Shown here piece after piece: positions 8,530 through 17,206 of a stretch of DNA of 34,596 nucleotides (within the stretch, counting starts at the first letter, position 1; every line of letters begins with the position of its first letter). The position numbers and the translations under genes are program-made. The notes beneath the pieces are model-generated. The model was not told where the DNA came from. It saw only the letters and a list, made by a program, of their open reading frames with translations, and did no database searches. The stretch is from a virus (taxonomy: Duplodnaviria; Heunggongvirae; Uroviricota; Caudoviricetes): IMG/VR virus record IMGVR_UViG_2657244943_000010; one strand, written 5' to 3'.

Positions 8530-8569
8530 AGTGCGCGCAAAACAGGCAAAAACGGGATTTCAGAATCCC
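8481..8569. repeat. Two related palindromic elements upstream of parM (candidate centromere/operator)
   Basis: AAACGGGATTCACAAATCCC (palindrome 8481-8496, inside the 3' end of A) and AAACGGGATTTCAGAATCCC (palindrome 8554-8569, intergenic). Confidence 0.4.
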
Positions 8570-8605
8570 GTATACGGTTAATTAATCAACATAAGGAAAA
8601 TCGAC

Positions 8606-9565
8606 ATGAAAATTTGTATCGACGACGGCTCCACCAACATCAAGCTGGCATGGACTGAGAACGGCGAACGCCGCAACGCCATCAGCCCGAACAGTTTCAA
8701 GTCGGAATGGTCTGCGCCGTTCGGTGGCACGCAGCCCGCGAACTACATGCTTGATGGCGTGCGCTATGGTTTTGATCCGGTCAGCGATCGCTTTGTCCAG
8801 ACGACCGACACGCAATACCAGTACAGCGATGTGAATGTCATTGCCATTCATCATGCGCTGGTCAAATCAGGCATCACGCCACAGGAGGTGGATGTAGTTG
8901 TCACCCTACCACTGAGCGAGTATTTCGACACAAACGCACAGCCGGACATGGTCAACATCAACCGCAAAAAAGCGAACGTTATGCGCCCGGTGGAGTACCA
9001 GAACGGCGAGGCATTCACTATCCGTAACGTGCGGGTTATGCCTGAATCCATTCCGGCTGGCTTTAAAGCACTGGCTGACATGAGTCCGTTTGAATCCCTG
9101 CTGATTGTGGATTTGGGCGGAACCACGCTGGATGTGGCAAAGGTTCAGGGGCAACTGGCAGGTATCAGCCAGGTGTTTTGCGATCCACACGTAGGCGTTT
9201 CTCTGATGGCCGATGCCGTGCTGTCGGTGATGGCCACCAACGGTATGCGCACCAGTCACCACATCGCCAATACCATTATCGAACATCGCCACGATGAAGC
9301 CTGGCTGCGCCAGCACATCCACAATGACGCGCATTATGCCAGCCTGATGGCAGTTATTCGTGAAAAGGAGGAAACACTGAAACAACGCGTGATCCGTGCG
9401 CTGGCGGGTTTTTCGGGTTACGGGCGGGTGATGGTTGTAGGTGGAGGAGCGGAGATTGTGGCACCCGCTATCCGCGAAGCCTGCGGAGTTAATGCGACTT
9501 TCATCGCGGACGGGGTGCCACAGTTTGCTCTGGTTAATGGGCTGTACGCAATGGACAAGGAGTAA
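8606..9565 (+). CDS. parM: ParM-type actin-like partition ATPase
   Basis: 319 aa, AAGGAAAA RBS; N-terminus ICIDDGSTNIKLAW ... ISPNSFKSEW ... YQYSDVNVIAIHHALVKSGI closely parallels plasmid R1 ParM/StbA as I recall it. Confidence 0.85.
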   Translation: MKICIDDGSTNIKLAWTENGERRNAISPNSFKSEWSAPFGGTQPANYMLDGVRYGFDPVSDRFVQTTDTQYQYSDVNVIAIHHALVKSGITPQEVDVVVTLPLSEYFDTNAQPDMVNINRKKANVMRPVEYQNGEAFTIRNVRVMPESIPAGFKALADMSPFESLLIVDLGGTTLDVAKVQGQLAGISQVFCDPHVGVSLMADAVLSVMATNGMRTSHHIANTIIEHRHDEAWLRQHIHNDAHYASLMAVIREKEETLKQRVIRALAGFSGYGRVMVVGGGAEIVAPAIREACGVNATFIADGVPQFALVNGLYAMDKE

Positions 9566-9569
9566 ATCA

Positions 9570-9884
9570 ATGACGACACCAACCAGACGGATAAGTTTCT
9601 ATCTGAAGCCCGCCGTCGTCAAGAGCGAACGGGAGGCGTGCAGTTACCTCGACAGCCTGCCAGCCTCCGAACGCAGCCGCGCACAACGCGCGGCTTTTCT
9701 GGCTGGACTGGCTCTTATAAAACGCACCCCCGCGTTGGCGTATTCGCTGGCAGAATGGTCAGAAGACGAAATACGGATGCCACCGCTACCAGTACAGCCT
9801 GAAAAACCGGCGCAACCAGCAGCAGACAGCGCCCCCCATATGCAGCAGGTGAAAAAGAATATTCAGGCGTTTTTCCCGAAGTGA
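9570..9884 (+). CDS. parR: ParR-type centromere-binding adaptor
   Basis: 104 aa from ATG 9570 (AGGAG upstream); RRISFYLKPAVV ... YLDSLPASERSRAQRAAFLAGLAL parallels R1 ParR; 4 nt after parM stop. Confidence 0.75.
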   Translation: MTTPTRRISFYLKPAVVKSEREACSYLDSLPASERSRAQRAAFLAGLALIKRTPALAYSLAEWSEDEIRMPPLPVQPEKPAQPAADSAPHMQQVKKNIQAFFPK

Positions 9885-9898
9885 AAACAGGAGTAACT

Positions 9899-10186
9899 AT
9901 GTCCACCATTACCAAAGAATGGTTACAACGTAAAATCACAGAGTTTAAATCGTGGCGCGAAGACATCCCGTTCGGTCTTGATGAAGACGATCACAATATG
10001 TTAATCGCACTGGAAATCGCACTTGCATCACTGGAAGCAGAGCCAGTGGCATGGATGCACGCAAATAATCCTATTGGAATACCGGCGATAACAAGAAGTA
10101 AAGATGTTGCAGACAGCTGGCGCTCTAAGGGATGGAATGTATTGCCTCTTTATTCACTGACCCGCTCCATCAATTTATGCCATTAA
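9899..10186 (+). CDS. Hypothetical acidic protein (95 aa)
   Basis: ATG 9899 with AGGAG 6 nt upstream; lower GC than phage core; stop overlaps next start (TAATG). Confidence 0.5.
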   Translation: MSTITKEWLQRKITEFKSWREDIPFGLDEDDHNMLIALEIALASLEAEPVAWMHANNPIGIPAITRSKDVADSWRSKGWNVLPLYSLTRSINLCH

Positions 10187-10557
10187 TGGAAGTAATCATG
10201 ATGAAAGATAATTCCGGAAGCCAGCGTGCATCAGTTGCAGTTATGGTAATGATTAAATTTGTGAAACAGTACACCGGAAAGCCAATCTCGCTCCGGCAAT
10301 TAAGCAAAGAAACCGTTTCACTGTCATATCTGGAGCAAATATTCAGATATTTACGGGAAAGTAGCCTGGTAAAAGCCACACGCGGCCCGGGTGGTGGATA
10401 TATCCCAACAAAAGAAAATTACAGTGTTGGTGATATTGTCCGGGCAATGAAATGTTCCGGATTATATACACAGCACGTTATTCTGGCTGCACTGGATAAT
10501 ATTTCTTTAACCAGCCTGCAGGAAGACACAAATTATCAGTTGTCTGCCATTGAATAA
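10186..10557 (+). CDS. Rrf2-family (IscR/NsrR-like) winged-helix regulator, short form without the Cys cluster
   Basis: VSLSYLEQIFRYLRESSLVKATRGPGGGYIP matches the Rrf2 recognition helix and wing; only one Cys; gene is visibly AT-rich relative to neighbours; start could also be 10198 or 10201. Confidence 0.7.
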   Translation: MEVIMMKDNSGSQRASVAVMVMIKFVKQYTGKPISLRQLSKETVSLSYLEQIFRYLRESSLVKATRGPGGGYIPTKENYSVGDIVRAMKCSGLYTQHVILAALDNISLTSLQEDTNYQLSAIE

Positions 10558-10560
10558 GAA

Positions 10561-10606
10561 AACCCGGAACGGGTGCGCAAATTCTTTGTGCGCCCGTTCC
10601 GGGTTG
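10561..10606. terminator. Long GC-rich hairpin between convergent genes
   Basis: AACCCGGAACGGG (10561-10573) pairs with CCCGTTCCGGGTT (10594-10606); T-rich tract follows on the minus strand downstream of the ogr-like gene. Confidence 0.5.
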
Positions 10607-10625
10607 GACAAGCGAAGCGCGTCAG

Positions 10626-10883
10626 CTATCCGGCCTGCAACAACTCCAGAGCCATTTGTTTTTCTTCCGGACGCATCCGCTCAATCAACAGCTTTAACAC
10701 ACCATTCTCCAGCCCGCTGGGCACCAGTGTGTGCGAGTAGGTCAGATTCATCACCCAGGTATGTCCGCACTCGAGACGGGTGCAACGGTAATACACATCA
10801 GCAAACTGATCGGTTTTCCAGGCTGTTTTCTCAATCACTGCATGTGCACCGCAGCAATGACATCGCGCTTTCTGTCTGCGCAT
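10626..10883 (-). CDS. ogr: Ogr/Delta-family zinc-finger late-gene transcription activator
   Basis: 85 aa from ATG 10883 (GGAGG 7 nt upstream); CHCC ... CTRLEC cysteine spacing resembles the Ogr/Delta zinc finger; C-terminus longer than P2 Ogr. Confidence 0.65.
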   Translation of the reverse strand: MRRQKARCHCCGAHAVIEKTAWKTDQFADVYYRCTRLECGHTWVMNLTYSHTLVPSGLENGVLKLLIERMRPEEKQMALELLQAG

Positions 10884-10948
10884 TTTCCACCTCCCGGAAC
10901 AGCGTTTTACTGCCACCGATTTTACCCGCTCTTTCCCCATACCGCACA

Positions 10949-11983
10949 TCACTCCATGGGTTCATCAAAATCAAGAATAAATTTCACCTCTCCCAGTCGT
11001 CTGATATCCGGGTCGCTGTTGATCCCCTCCATAATCAGGCGGCGCATCGGGATAACCTCATCCCTGTAATATGCCTCGCGGGATTTCAGTGGGTCACCAA
11101 GCCCGGCCGTATTTGCGGGAATGATGCCGGCAAGTCCGGGTGGAAAACGGTGCGCAACGAGCTGATCCTGGGCACTGATGGTTTTTATATTCAGGAACTC
11201 ATCTTTTGTACCTGAATCCCCGATAGGGATCACCTTAACACCTTCTTTGTCTCCGCCCGGTATATTGATAAACATGGATTTAAAATTGCCCGCCCCTTTT
11301 GACGCCTCTATCTTTTTACGGAATTCCGCCTCGAGCTCGGGATCCATGTCCGGGTCAGTGGAATACAGGATATAACCAAGATGTGCGCCGTTCTTGTAAT
11401 ACTTGCGGCGAAAGCGGGTGGCATCCACATTCAGCATGGCGGATTCCATCCCGTGAATATAATCCGGGACACCGTAAACCTGCTGTTGCGGGTCATAAAT
11501 GGCCACGAACACCACTTCGCCTGGCAGGTAAACGAGATCTTCCAGTGCCGCCTGCACAATCACCGTGCCACCCTCGTTGTTACGCCGCAGGTACAGAGAA
11601 GGTAACGTATGCAGGCGCACCACCCGACCGAAGCCATTGCGCACTTTAAGCAACCCCATATCCCCGAATATCAGCAGATTGGTTACTGCTGCCGCCATGG
11701 CGGCGTGTGTCATACCACCACCACCCCGAAAACCCTGCATGATCATATTGACGCGCGCACGCAATACCGCGCCGTGATACGGTGCGATATTGGACAACAT
11801 GGCGAGATCCATGCGCTCAATGGGCGGCGTGTACCAGCCGTTATAGCCATCCCAGAGCGAGCCGTAATAACAGCCCCATGCAGCGACCGGTTCCGGGTCA
11901 CCAAATTCAATAAACGTCATTTTGCTGGCTGTTTTTTTTGCCACGCCATCGTGTAACACGGGGTATTTTTTCTTTTTACTCAT
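10949..11983 (-). CDS. Q: Portal protein, P2 gpQ family
   Basis: 344 aa, same length and leftward orientation as P2 Q; overlaps terminase stop. Confidence 0.9.
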   Translation of the reverse strand: MSKKKKYPVLHDGVAKKTASKMTFIEFGDPEPVAAWGCYYGSLWDGYNGWYTPPIERMDLAMLSNIAPYHGAVLRARVNMIMQGFRGGGGMTHAAMAAAVTNLLIFGDMGLLKVRNGFGRVVRLHTLPSLYLRRNNEGGTVIVQAALEDLVYLPGEVVFVAIYDPQQQVYGVPDYIHGMESAMLNVDATRFRRKYYKNGAHLGYILYSTDPDMDPELEAEFRKKIEASKGAGNFKSMFINIPGGDKEGVKVIPIGDSGTKDEFLNIKTISAQDQLVAHRFPPGLAGIIPANTAGLGDPLKSREAYYRDEVIPMRRLIMEGINSDPDIRRLGEVKFILDFDEPME

Positions 11984-13763
11984 CTGACAGGATCCATGTT
12001 GATTTGCGCTTGTGCTTATAGTTCAGGGGTTCATTACTTGCGGCATGAGCTATGGCAAAGAAGATGTCAGCGTGCCCGGTTTCTTCGCTACGTTCGGCGG
12101 TGAAAGTGACTTTATTGCCGCTGTTGGTGGATTCCTGACGAATGGCCAGGAACGATGCCGGAATATCCGTAGCTTCCTCATCCCACTCAATACGGTTGGC
12201 GTAAATCAGATCCATCATCTTCATCACCAGGCGGTTTTTGGATTCCACGCTGTAATGAATGGCCACTGTTTCACGGCGGGCAAATCCCTGAACCAGCTCA
12301 AAGACACCGTAGCCAAGACCGGTGACGTCAATGCCGATAAACGTCATGTTATAGCGTGCCTTAATGCTGCGGATACGCTCTGCCATAAACTGGAATGACA
12401 TGCTGCGCCAGTGGTGTTTTTCCAGCACGCGGAATCGTTCTGCCGCAACCAGCGGCGGTGCCAGCACAACAAATGTGGCGTTATCGCCGGAGCGCGCAGG
12501 GTCAAAGCCGCCCCAAACCTCACGGTTACCAAATGGCATGGGCTCTTCCGGATGAAAATCCTCCCACGTACTGACATCAACACCACAACGCACAAGATCA
12601 TCGAATTTAAAGACGCTCTCTTTGTCATCCACAAACACACACATAAACAGCATATTGAACGCTGTTTCGTTGTATCGCTCGCGCAGCTCGTTGATGTCAG
12701 CAAGGTTAAAGCCGCCGGCAATGGCATCTTCCAGCGTAACCACATAGCGCCACTGACCATCCGGACATTCACGCCCACCATCGCGCAGCTCATCAAAGGA
12801 CGGAAACTCAACCCCTTTTCGTTTTGGATCGCCTTTGCGCCATTCATCGCCAGACCAGAACGGGTAACCCTGGTGTGTTTTGGATGACGGCGTGGAGAAA
12901 TAGGTAATGCGCCAGTGTTTATGGGTGGCCATCCCTGACGCCACTTCATTGAGACGGCGAAAACCGGGGATCCACAGGTATTCATCAATATACAGGTGGC
13001 CGCTGTTTGACTGCGCTGTGTTACTGTTGGTCGCCAGAAAATACAGTTCAGCCAGATTACTTAACTTAACCGGATTGCCCTTAATGGGAATGCCAAACTC
13101 TGTTTGTGCAATTTTTACAATATAAGTACGGAACACTTCGGCCTGACGTTTTGATGCCGATAAAAATATCTGTGTGTCGCCGGTTAATACCGCATCTTCA
13201 AATGCCTCAAACGCGAAGTAATACGTCGCCCCAATCTGGCGGGATTTAAGCAGGTTGCGTACACGGCGGAATTTGTTTTCACGCAGGCGCAACTGATAAG
13301 CAAACAGTTTCTTCGTAAACGGCTCAAAACTTTCAGCAGTCAGTCCGGAAACGTCATTAGCTTTACGGGGGCGCTCTTTCTTACCTGCACCTTTTTCTCC
13401 GCGTTCTTCTTTTCCATAACGGCCAGGCTGGGGAATGTCCACTCCCATTCGCGCAATCTCAGCCATTCGTTCCGTGTGCTTGTTTCTGACCGACATCAGT
13501 TTGACGTGATGACCAATCAGGCGATCAAGCTCATCGTGTTCTTCCTGAGTCTTATGGTCGCGTTCCGCCAGCACAGCGAGACGCCGGGCGATAACATCTT
13601 CCACGCCTTCAGTATTAAGCTGTGTGTACCACTCAAACTTTGTCGCCCAGTAATAAACAATTCGCGGGCTGTTCAGTCCGAGCTTCTTTTGTATTTCTTT
13701 TGGTGTGTGCCTTTTCAGATAGAGCGATTTTGCAGCAGCAATCACCTCATCAGAATACGCCAT
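11976..13763 (-). CDS. P: Terminase large (ATPase) subunit, P2 gpP family
   Basis: 595 aa; N-terminus MAYSDEVIAAAKSLYLKRHTPKEIQKKLG and ATPase region LKSRQIGATYYFAFEAFEDAVLTGD typical of P2 P. Confidence 0.9.
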   Translation of the reverse strand: MAYSDEVIAAAKSLYLKRHTPKEIQKKLGLNSPRIVYYWATKFEWYTQLNTEGVEDVIARRLAVLAERDHKTQEEHDELDRLIGHHVKLMSVRNKHTERMAEIARMGVDIPQPGRYGKEERGEKGAGKKERPRKANDVSGLTAESFEPFTKKLFAYQLRLRENKFRRVRNLLKSRQIGATYYFAFEAFEDAVLTGDTQIFLSASKRQAEVFRTYIVKIAQTEFGIPIKGNPVKLSNLAELYFLATNSNTAQSNSGHLYIDEYLWIPGFRRLNEVASGMATHKHWRITYFSTPSSKTHQGYPFWSGDEWRKGDPKRKGVEFPSFDELRDGGRECPDGQWRYVVTLEDAIAGGFNLADINELRERYNETAFNMLFMCVFVDDKESVFKFDDLVRCGVDVSTWEDFHPEEPMPFGNREVWGGFDPARSGDNATFVVLAPPLVAAERFRVLEKHHWRSMSFQFMAERIRSIKARYNMTFIGIDVTGLGYGVFELVQGFARRETVAIHYSVESKNRLVMKMMDLIYANRIEWDEEATDIPASFLAIRQESTNSGNKVTFTAERSEETGHADIFFAIAHAASNEPLNYKHKRKSTWILSDE

Positions 13764-13957
13764 AAATAAACCTCACCTGCTGATGCAATTTTAATTTATG
13801 CATTTTCAGCAAAGGCTTTTTTAAAAACGAATATCGCTTTTCGGTATTTTTCGGATATATACGCATATCCGAAAGTACCGGAAATTAATCAGATGACGAC
13901 ATTTTTATTTCTCCGTTAAATAACGCCAGTTTAATTTTTATCAGCGGGTTAATTCAG
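13764..13957. promoter_or_regulatory. Divergent late promoter region between P and O, with dyad symmetries
   Basis: AT-rich 194-bp spacer; perfect 10-bp inverted repeat TTTCGGATAT/ATATCCGAAA (13849-13874, 6-bp spacer) and ATGCA...ATGCAT element near 13783-13803. Confidence 0.5.
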
Positions 13958-14848
13958 ATGTCGAAACTGAAAACAGACTGGGTGGTCGTAGCCACTTCAG
14001 GCCCCACCATCGACGGTCGGGAAATTGATCCAAAGTGGCTGACGGATGCCGCCGAGGTTTATAACCCGGACGAACACACCGCCATGCTCTGGCCGTTTCA
14101 TGCCAGCGCCGGCTGGCGTGCTTTCACCAATAACTATGGTCTTGTTGATGCACTGAAGGCGGAAAAAGTCGGTGATAAAGTGCAGCTGAAAGCCCGCCTG
14201 ATACCCAACCGCTTTCTGACCGAAGCCAACGAGGCTGGACAAAAACTTTTCACCTCCATAGAGGTAAAGGAAAACTACCTGGGAACAGGCAAATTCTTTG
14301 TATCCGGTATCGCTGTGACTGACACACCGGCCAGCATCAACACCACCCGCCTGCAATTTTCGCAGGGAGATTCCATTCACATGGGGAATGCAGAAGAACT
14401 GAATTTCACGCTGCAGTCTGACGACGAGCAGGCCAAACGCAGTTTCTTTTCCGGCCTTTTCTCCGTGGGACGCAACAAACAGGAAAACGATATGAACGAA
14501 AAACAGTTCGGCCAGTTGATGGACGCTATCAACAAAACCGGCGAACGCCTGGACAAACTGGAAGAAAACGTCGCGCAGTTCAGCGCGAAGGATGCCCCGA
14601 AAGATACCGGTGATAACAAGCAGGAAGGCAGTACCGGCGATCAGGGGCAGGACAACGCAGAACAGAACAACAAGGACGACAAAACCTTCACGCTGACCAC
14701 CGAGCAGGGCGAAAAGCTGTTCTCCACAGTGAACGCCATCGCGGAGAAGGTTACCAGTATGGAAACCGCATTTGCTGAACTCAGCAAGGACGCCACGAAG
14801 CTGCCGGGCAACAATCCGGCCGGTGGCGAAACTTTTAACCTGGTGTAA
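13958..14848 (+). CDS. O: Capsid scaffolding protein, P2 gpO family
   Basis: 296 aa; GIAVTDTPASINTTRLQF parallels the conserved P2 O segment; acidic coiled-coil C-terminus. Confidence 0.85.
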   Translation: MSKLKTDWVVVATSGPTIDGREIDPKWLTDAAEVYNPDEHTAMLWPFHASAGWRAFTNNYGLVDALKAEKVGDKVQLKARLIPNRFLTEANEAGQKLFTSIEVKENYLGTGKFFVSGIAVTDTPASINTTRLQFSQGDSIHMGNAEELNFTLQSDDEQAKRSFFSGLFSVGRNKQENDMNEKQFGQLMDAINKTGERLDKLEENVAQFSAKDAPKDTGDNKQEGSTGDQGQDNAEQNNKDDKTFTLTTEQGEKLFSTVNAIAEKVTSMETAFAELSKDATKLPGNNPAGGETFNLV

Positions 14849-14862
14849 CCGGAGAGAACGCA

Positions 14863-15876
14863 ATGAACATGACACCAGAAGCACAAAAGCTGGTTAATCA
14901 GTACATCAGCGAACTGCAAAAAACATTCAGTGACTGCGGGAAATCAAGCGATCGTTTCTTTTCGCTGACCGAGCCACGCAGTATTGCTCTGCGTAAAGCC
15001 CTGCTGGAAAGCACGGAATTTCTGAGTTTCACCACCTGCATGGACGTTCCGCACCCGCAGGGGCAGGTCGTCACCGTGGGCGAATCCACACTGCGCACCG
15101 GTCGCGTGAAAAGCGGTCGTTTCGCTAAAGGTTCGGGCATCAAAGGCAACGAATTTAAACTCGTTGAAACTGATTCCTGCTGCGTGATCACCTGGGAACA
15201 ACTCGCCATCTGGGCGAATGCCGGCAGCCCGCAGGAATTTTTCAACCTGATGAACTCCGCCGCCGTCACCAACTTTGCGCTGGATATGCTGCGCATTGGC
15301 TTTAACGGTAAAACAGCCGCAGAAAACTCCGATCCTGAAAGTAATCCGAACGGTGAAGACGTCAACATCGGCTGGCATGAAATCGCCAGAAAATGGGGAG
15401 AACAGCCCGGCAATACCTCCCGTATTCTGACGGACGCCGTTACCCTGGGCGAAGGCGGTGATTATGTCGGTCTTGACGCTATGGCCTCAGACCTGATCCG
15501 CACTTACATCCCGGCGCAGTATCACAACGATCCTCGCCTTACCGTGCTGGTTGGCGCAGACCTTGTGGCTGCTGAAGAACTGCGCCTCTACAACAAAGAG
15601 GACAAGCCTACCGAAAAAGTGGCCGCACAGTTGCTGACGAAGAACATCGCAGGCCGCAAGGCCATCATTCCGCCGTTTATGCCGGGTAAGCGTATGGTGG
15701 TGACCATGCTGCCAAACTTGCAGATCCTGACGCTGAAGGGTTCCCGCCGTCGTAAAGCGGAAGATGTGGGCGATCGCAAACAGTTCGAAAACTCATACTG
15801 GCGTTACGAGGGGTACGCCCTGGGCGATCCGGATTTATATGCTGCCGTAGATGAGTCTGCGGTCACCATCGCCTGA
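14863..15876 (+). CDS. N: Major capsid protein, P2 gpN family
   Basis: 337 aa, GGAGAG RBS; LGEGGDYVGLDAMASDLIRTYIPAQYHNDPRLTVLVGADL parallels P2 N. Confidence 0.85.
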   Translation: MNMTPEAQKLVNQYISELQKTFSDCGKSSDRFFSLTEPRSIALRKALLESTEFLSFTTCMDVPHPQGQVVTVGESTLRTGRVKSGRFAKGSGIKGNEFKLVETDSCCVITWEQLAIWANAGSPQEFFNLMNSAAVTNFALDMLRIGFNGKTAAENSDPESNPNGEDVNIGWHEIARKWGEQPGNTSRILTDAVTLGEGGDYVGLDAMASDLIRTYIPAQYHNDPRLTVLVGADLVAAEELRLYNKEDKPTEKVAAQLLTKNIAGRKAIIPPFMPGKRMVVTMLPNLQILTLKGSRRRKAEDVGDRKQFENSYWRYEGYALGDPDLYAAVDESAVTIA

Positions 15877-15893
15877 TAAACGGAGCGCACGGT

Positions 15894-16604
15894 ATGCCAA
15901 CGCCAATGCAGCGACAACGTGCCCGACAGATGGATGAGCGCCGTGCGGCGCTCATGACCAGAACGGACGGGAGCGCCATCAGCACAGAGAGTCAGCACAT
16001 TAAGCTGCTGGCACTGGATAACGACATCAGACAACTGCACAACATGGAGCTGCTGTCTGACAAGCTGGAATTCAAACGGAACACGCTGCTGCCCCGCTGG
16101 CTGCCACACGCACAGGCTTATCTGGAGGGGGAACGCGTCTATCAGAATCCCATTCTGGTGTACTGCATCATCTGGCTGTTCGATACCGGGCAGTTTGAGA
16201 TGGCGCTGCGGTGGGCTGACATTGCCATTGAGCAGGGGCAAAAGACGCCGGAGAACTTCAAAAGCGAGCTGCCAACGTTTGTGGCCCATTTCATTCTTGA
16301 ATGGGCAGAAACCGAAGCTGAACGCGGGAACAGTATCGCGCCATATTTTCAGCAGGTGTTTGAAAGAATCCGCGACAAATGGCGCGTGAATGAACGCCTT
16401 GCTGCCCGCTACTGGCGCTTTGCAGGCGTCCTGCTGCTGCGCGGCGATGACGGTAAACCGCTGGCCAGTGCAATTAACGATCCGGAGAGACTGCAACAGG
16501 CCGACCAGTGTCTGGAACAGGCTGCCTGGCTGCATCCAAAAATTCAGGTGAAAACCCTGCGCCAGCGCATTGCCGCAAGACTGCGCGCGTTGCAGGGCAC
16601 GTAA
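15894..16604 (+). CDS. M: Terminase small/endonuclease subunit, P2 gpM family
   Basis: 236 aa in the conserved O-N-M-L position. Confidence 0.75.
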   Translation: MPTPMQRQRARQMDERRAALMTRTDGSAISTESQHIKLLALDNDIRQLHNMELLSDKLEFKRNTLLPRWLPHAQAYLEGERVYQNPILVYCIIWLFDTGQFEMALRWADIAIEQGQKTPENFKSELPTFVAHFILEWAETEAERGNSIAPYFQQVFERIRDKWRVNERLAARYWRFAGVLLLRGDDGKPLASAINDPERLQQADQCLEQAAWLHPKIQVKTLRQRIAARLRALQGT

Positions 16605-16702
16605 ACGACTCCCAACAACCGGGCGGGCGCGGTGGAGGTGTGCCGGCAAAAGCCATCAGCACACTGCGGAAACCGGTCAGCCCGCCTTTCCCCGGAGTGA
16701 GC

Positions 16703-17197
16703 ATGTTTGACGGGAAAAGCATTCACTATCAGCAGGCCATTATTCAGAACGATGGATTCTGGCCGGATATTGATGCCGGCGATTTTGAAAAGAGCCGCAG
16801 CATCCCCGCCGTCACGTCACACGAAACGGTGCTGACGGCGCTGCTTTGCGCGGTAACAGAGATTAACACTGAACTGGCTGCACGCCGTGAATACTGGCAG
16901 GAACAGGGCCACATCCGGGCCGCTGATATTCCGGGTTACACCGTGTTGCAACCAGAGCCGCGCAATACGGATGCACAACCGGAACGGATGCAGAACCACA
17001 TTACAGCACTGTACACCAAGGCTGTGTATGCCCGCGCAAAGGCCGATCTTTTGCCGGAATCTGCCAGCGTGGGGCGGCGCGAGGCGCAGCCATCATCAGA
17101 AGCCAGCGAAAGCCGCCGGACGTTGCTGGCTGAAGCGGCCATGGCGGTGCGGGCGCTGCTGGGCCGACCGCGTGCATCCATCGCGCTGATTGATTAA
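16703..17197 (+). CDS. L: Head completion/stabilisation protein, P2 gpL family
   Basis: 164 aa from internal ATG 16703 (GGAG upstream) of track ORF 16508..17197; size and position match P2 L. Confidence 0.7.
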   Translation: MFDGKSIHYQQAIIQNDGFWPDIDAGDFEKSRSIPAVTSHETVLTALLCAVTEINTELAARREYWQEQGHIRAADIPGYTVLQPEPRNTDAQPERMQNHITALYTKAVYARAKADLLPESASVGRREAQPSSEASESRRTLLAEAAMAVRALLGRPRASIALID

Positions 17198-17206
17198 GGA
17201 AATGGT

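Noticed and set aside
10884-10948. Confident cos-site call
   Set aside because: Only an 8-mer (GGGGAAAG on the complement) resembles the P2/186 cohesive end; too short to call without alignment or virion end data. Reported as a low-confidence candidate only.
10550-11215. 221-aa plus-strand ORF
   Set aside because: Runs antisense across the ogr-like gene and the portal 3' end; low-complexity translation.
12344-12988. 214-aa minus-strand ORF (and 158-aa plus-strand ORF 12411..12887)
   Set aside because: Both lie inside the large terminase gene in alternative frames or strand; no independent support.
13997-14884. 295-aa minus-strand ORF
   Set aside because: Antisense to the scaffold gene gpO.
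15804-16649. 281-aa minus-strand ORF
   Set aside because: Antisense to the small terminase gene gpM; no signal of a real gene.
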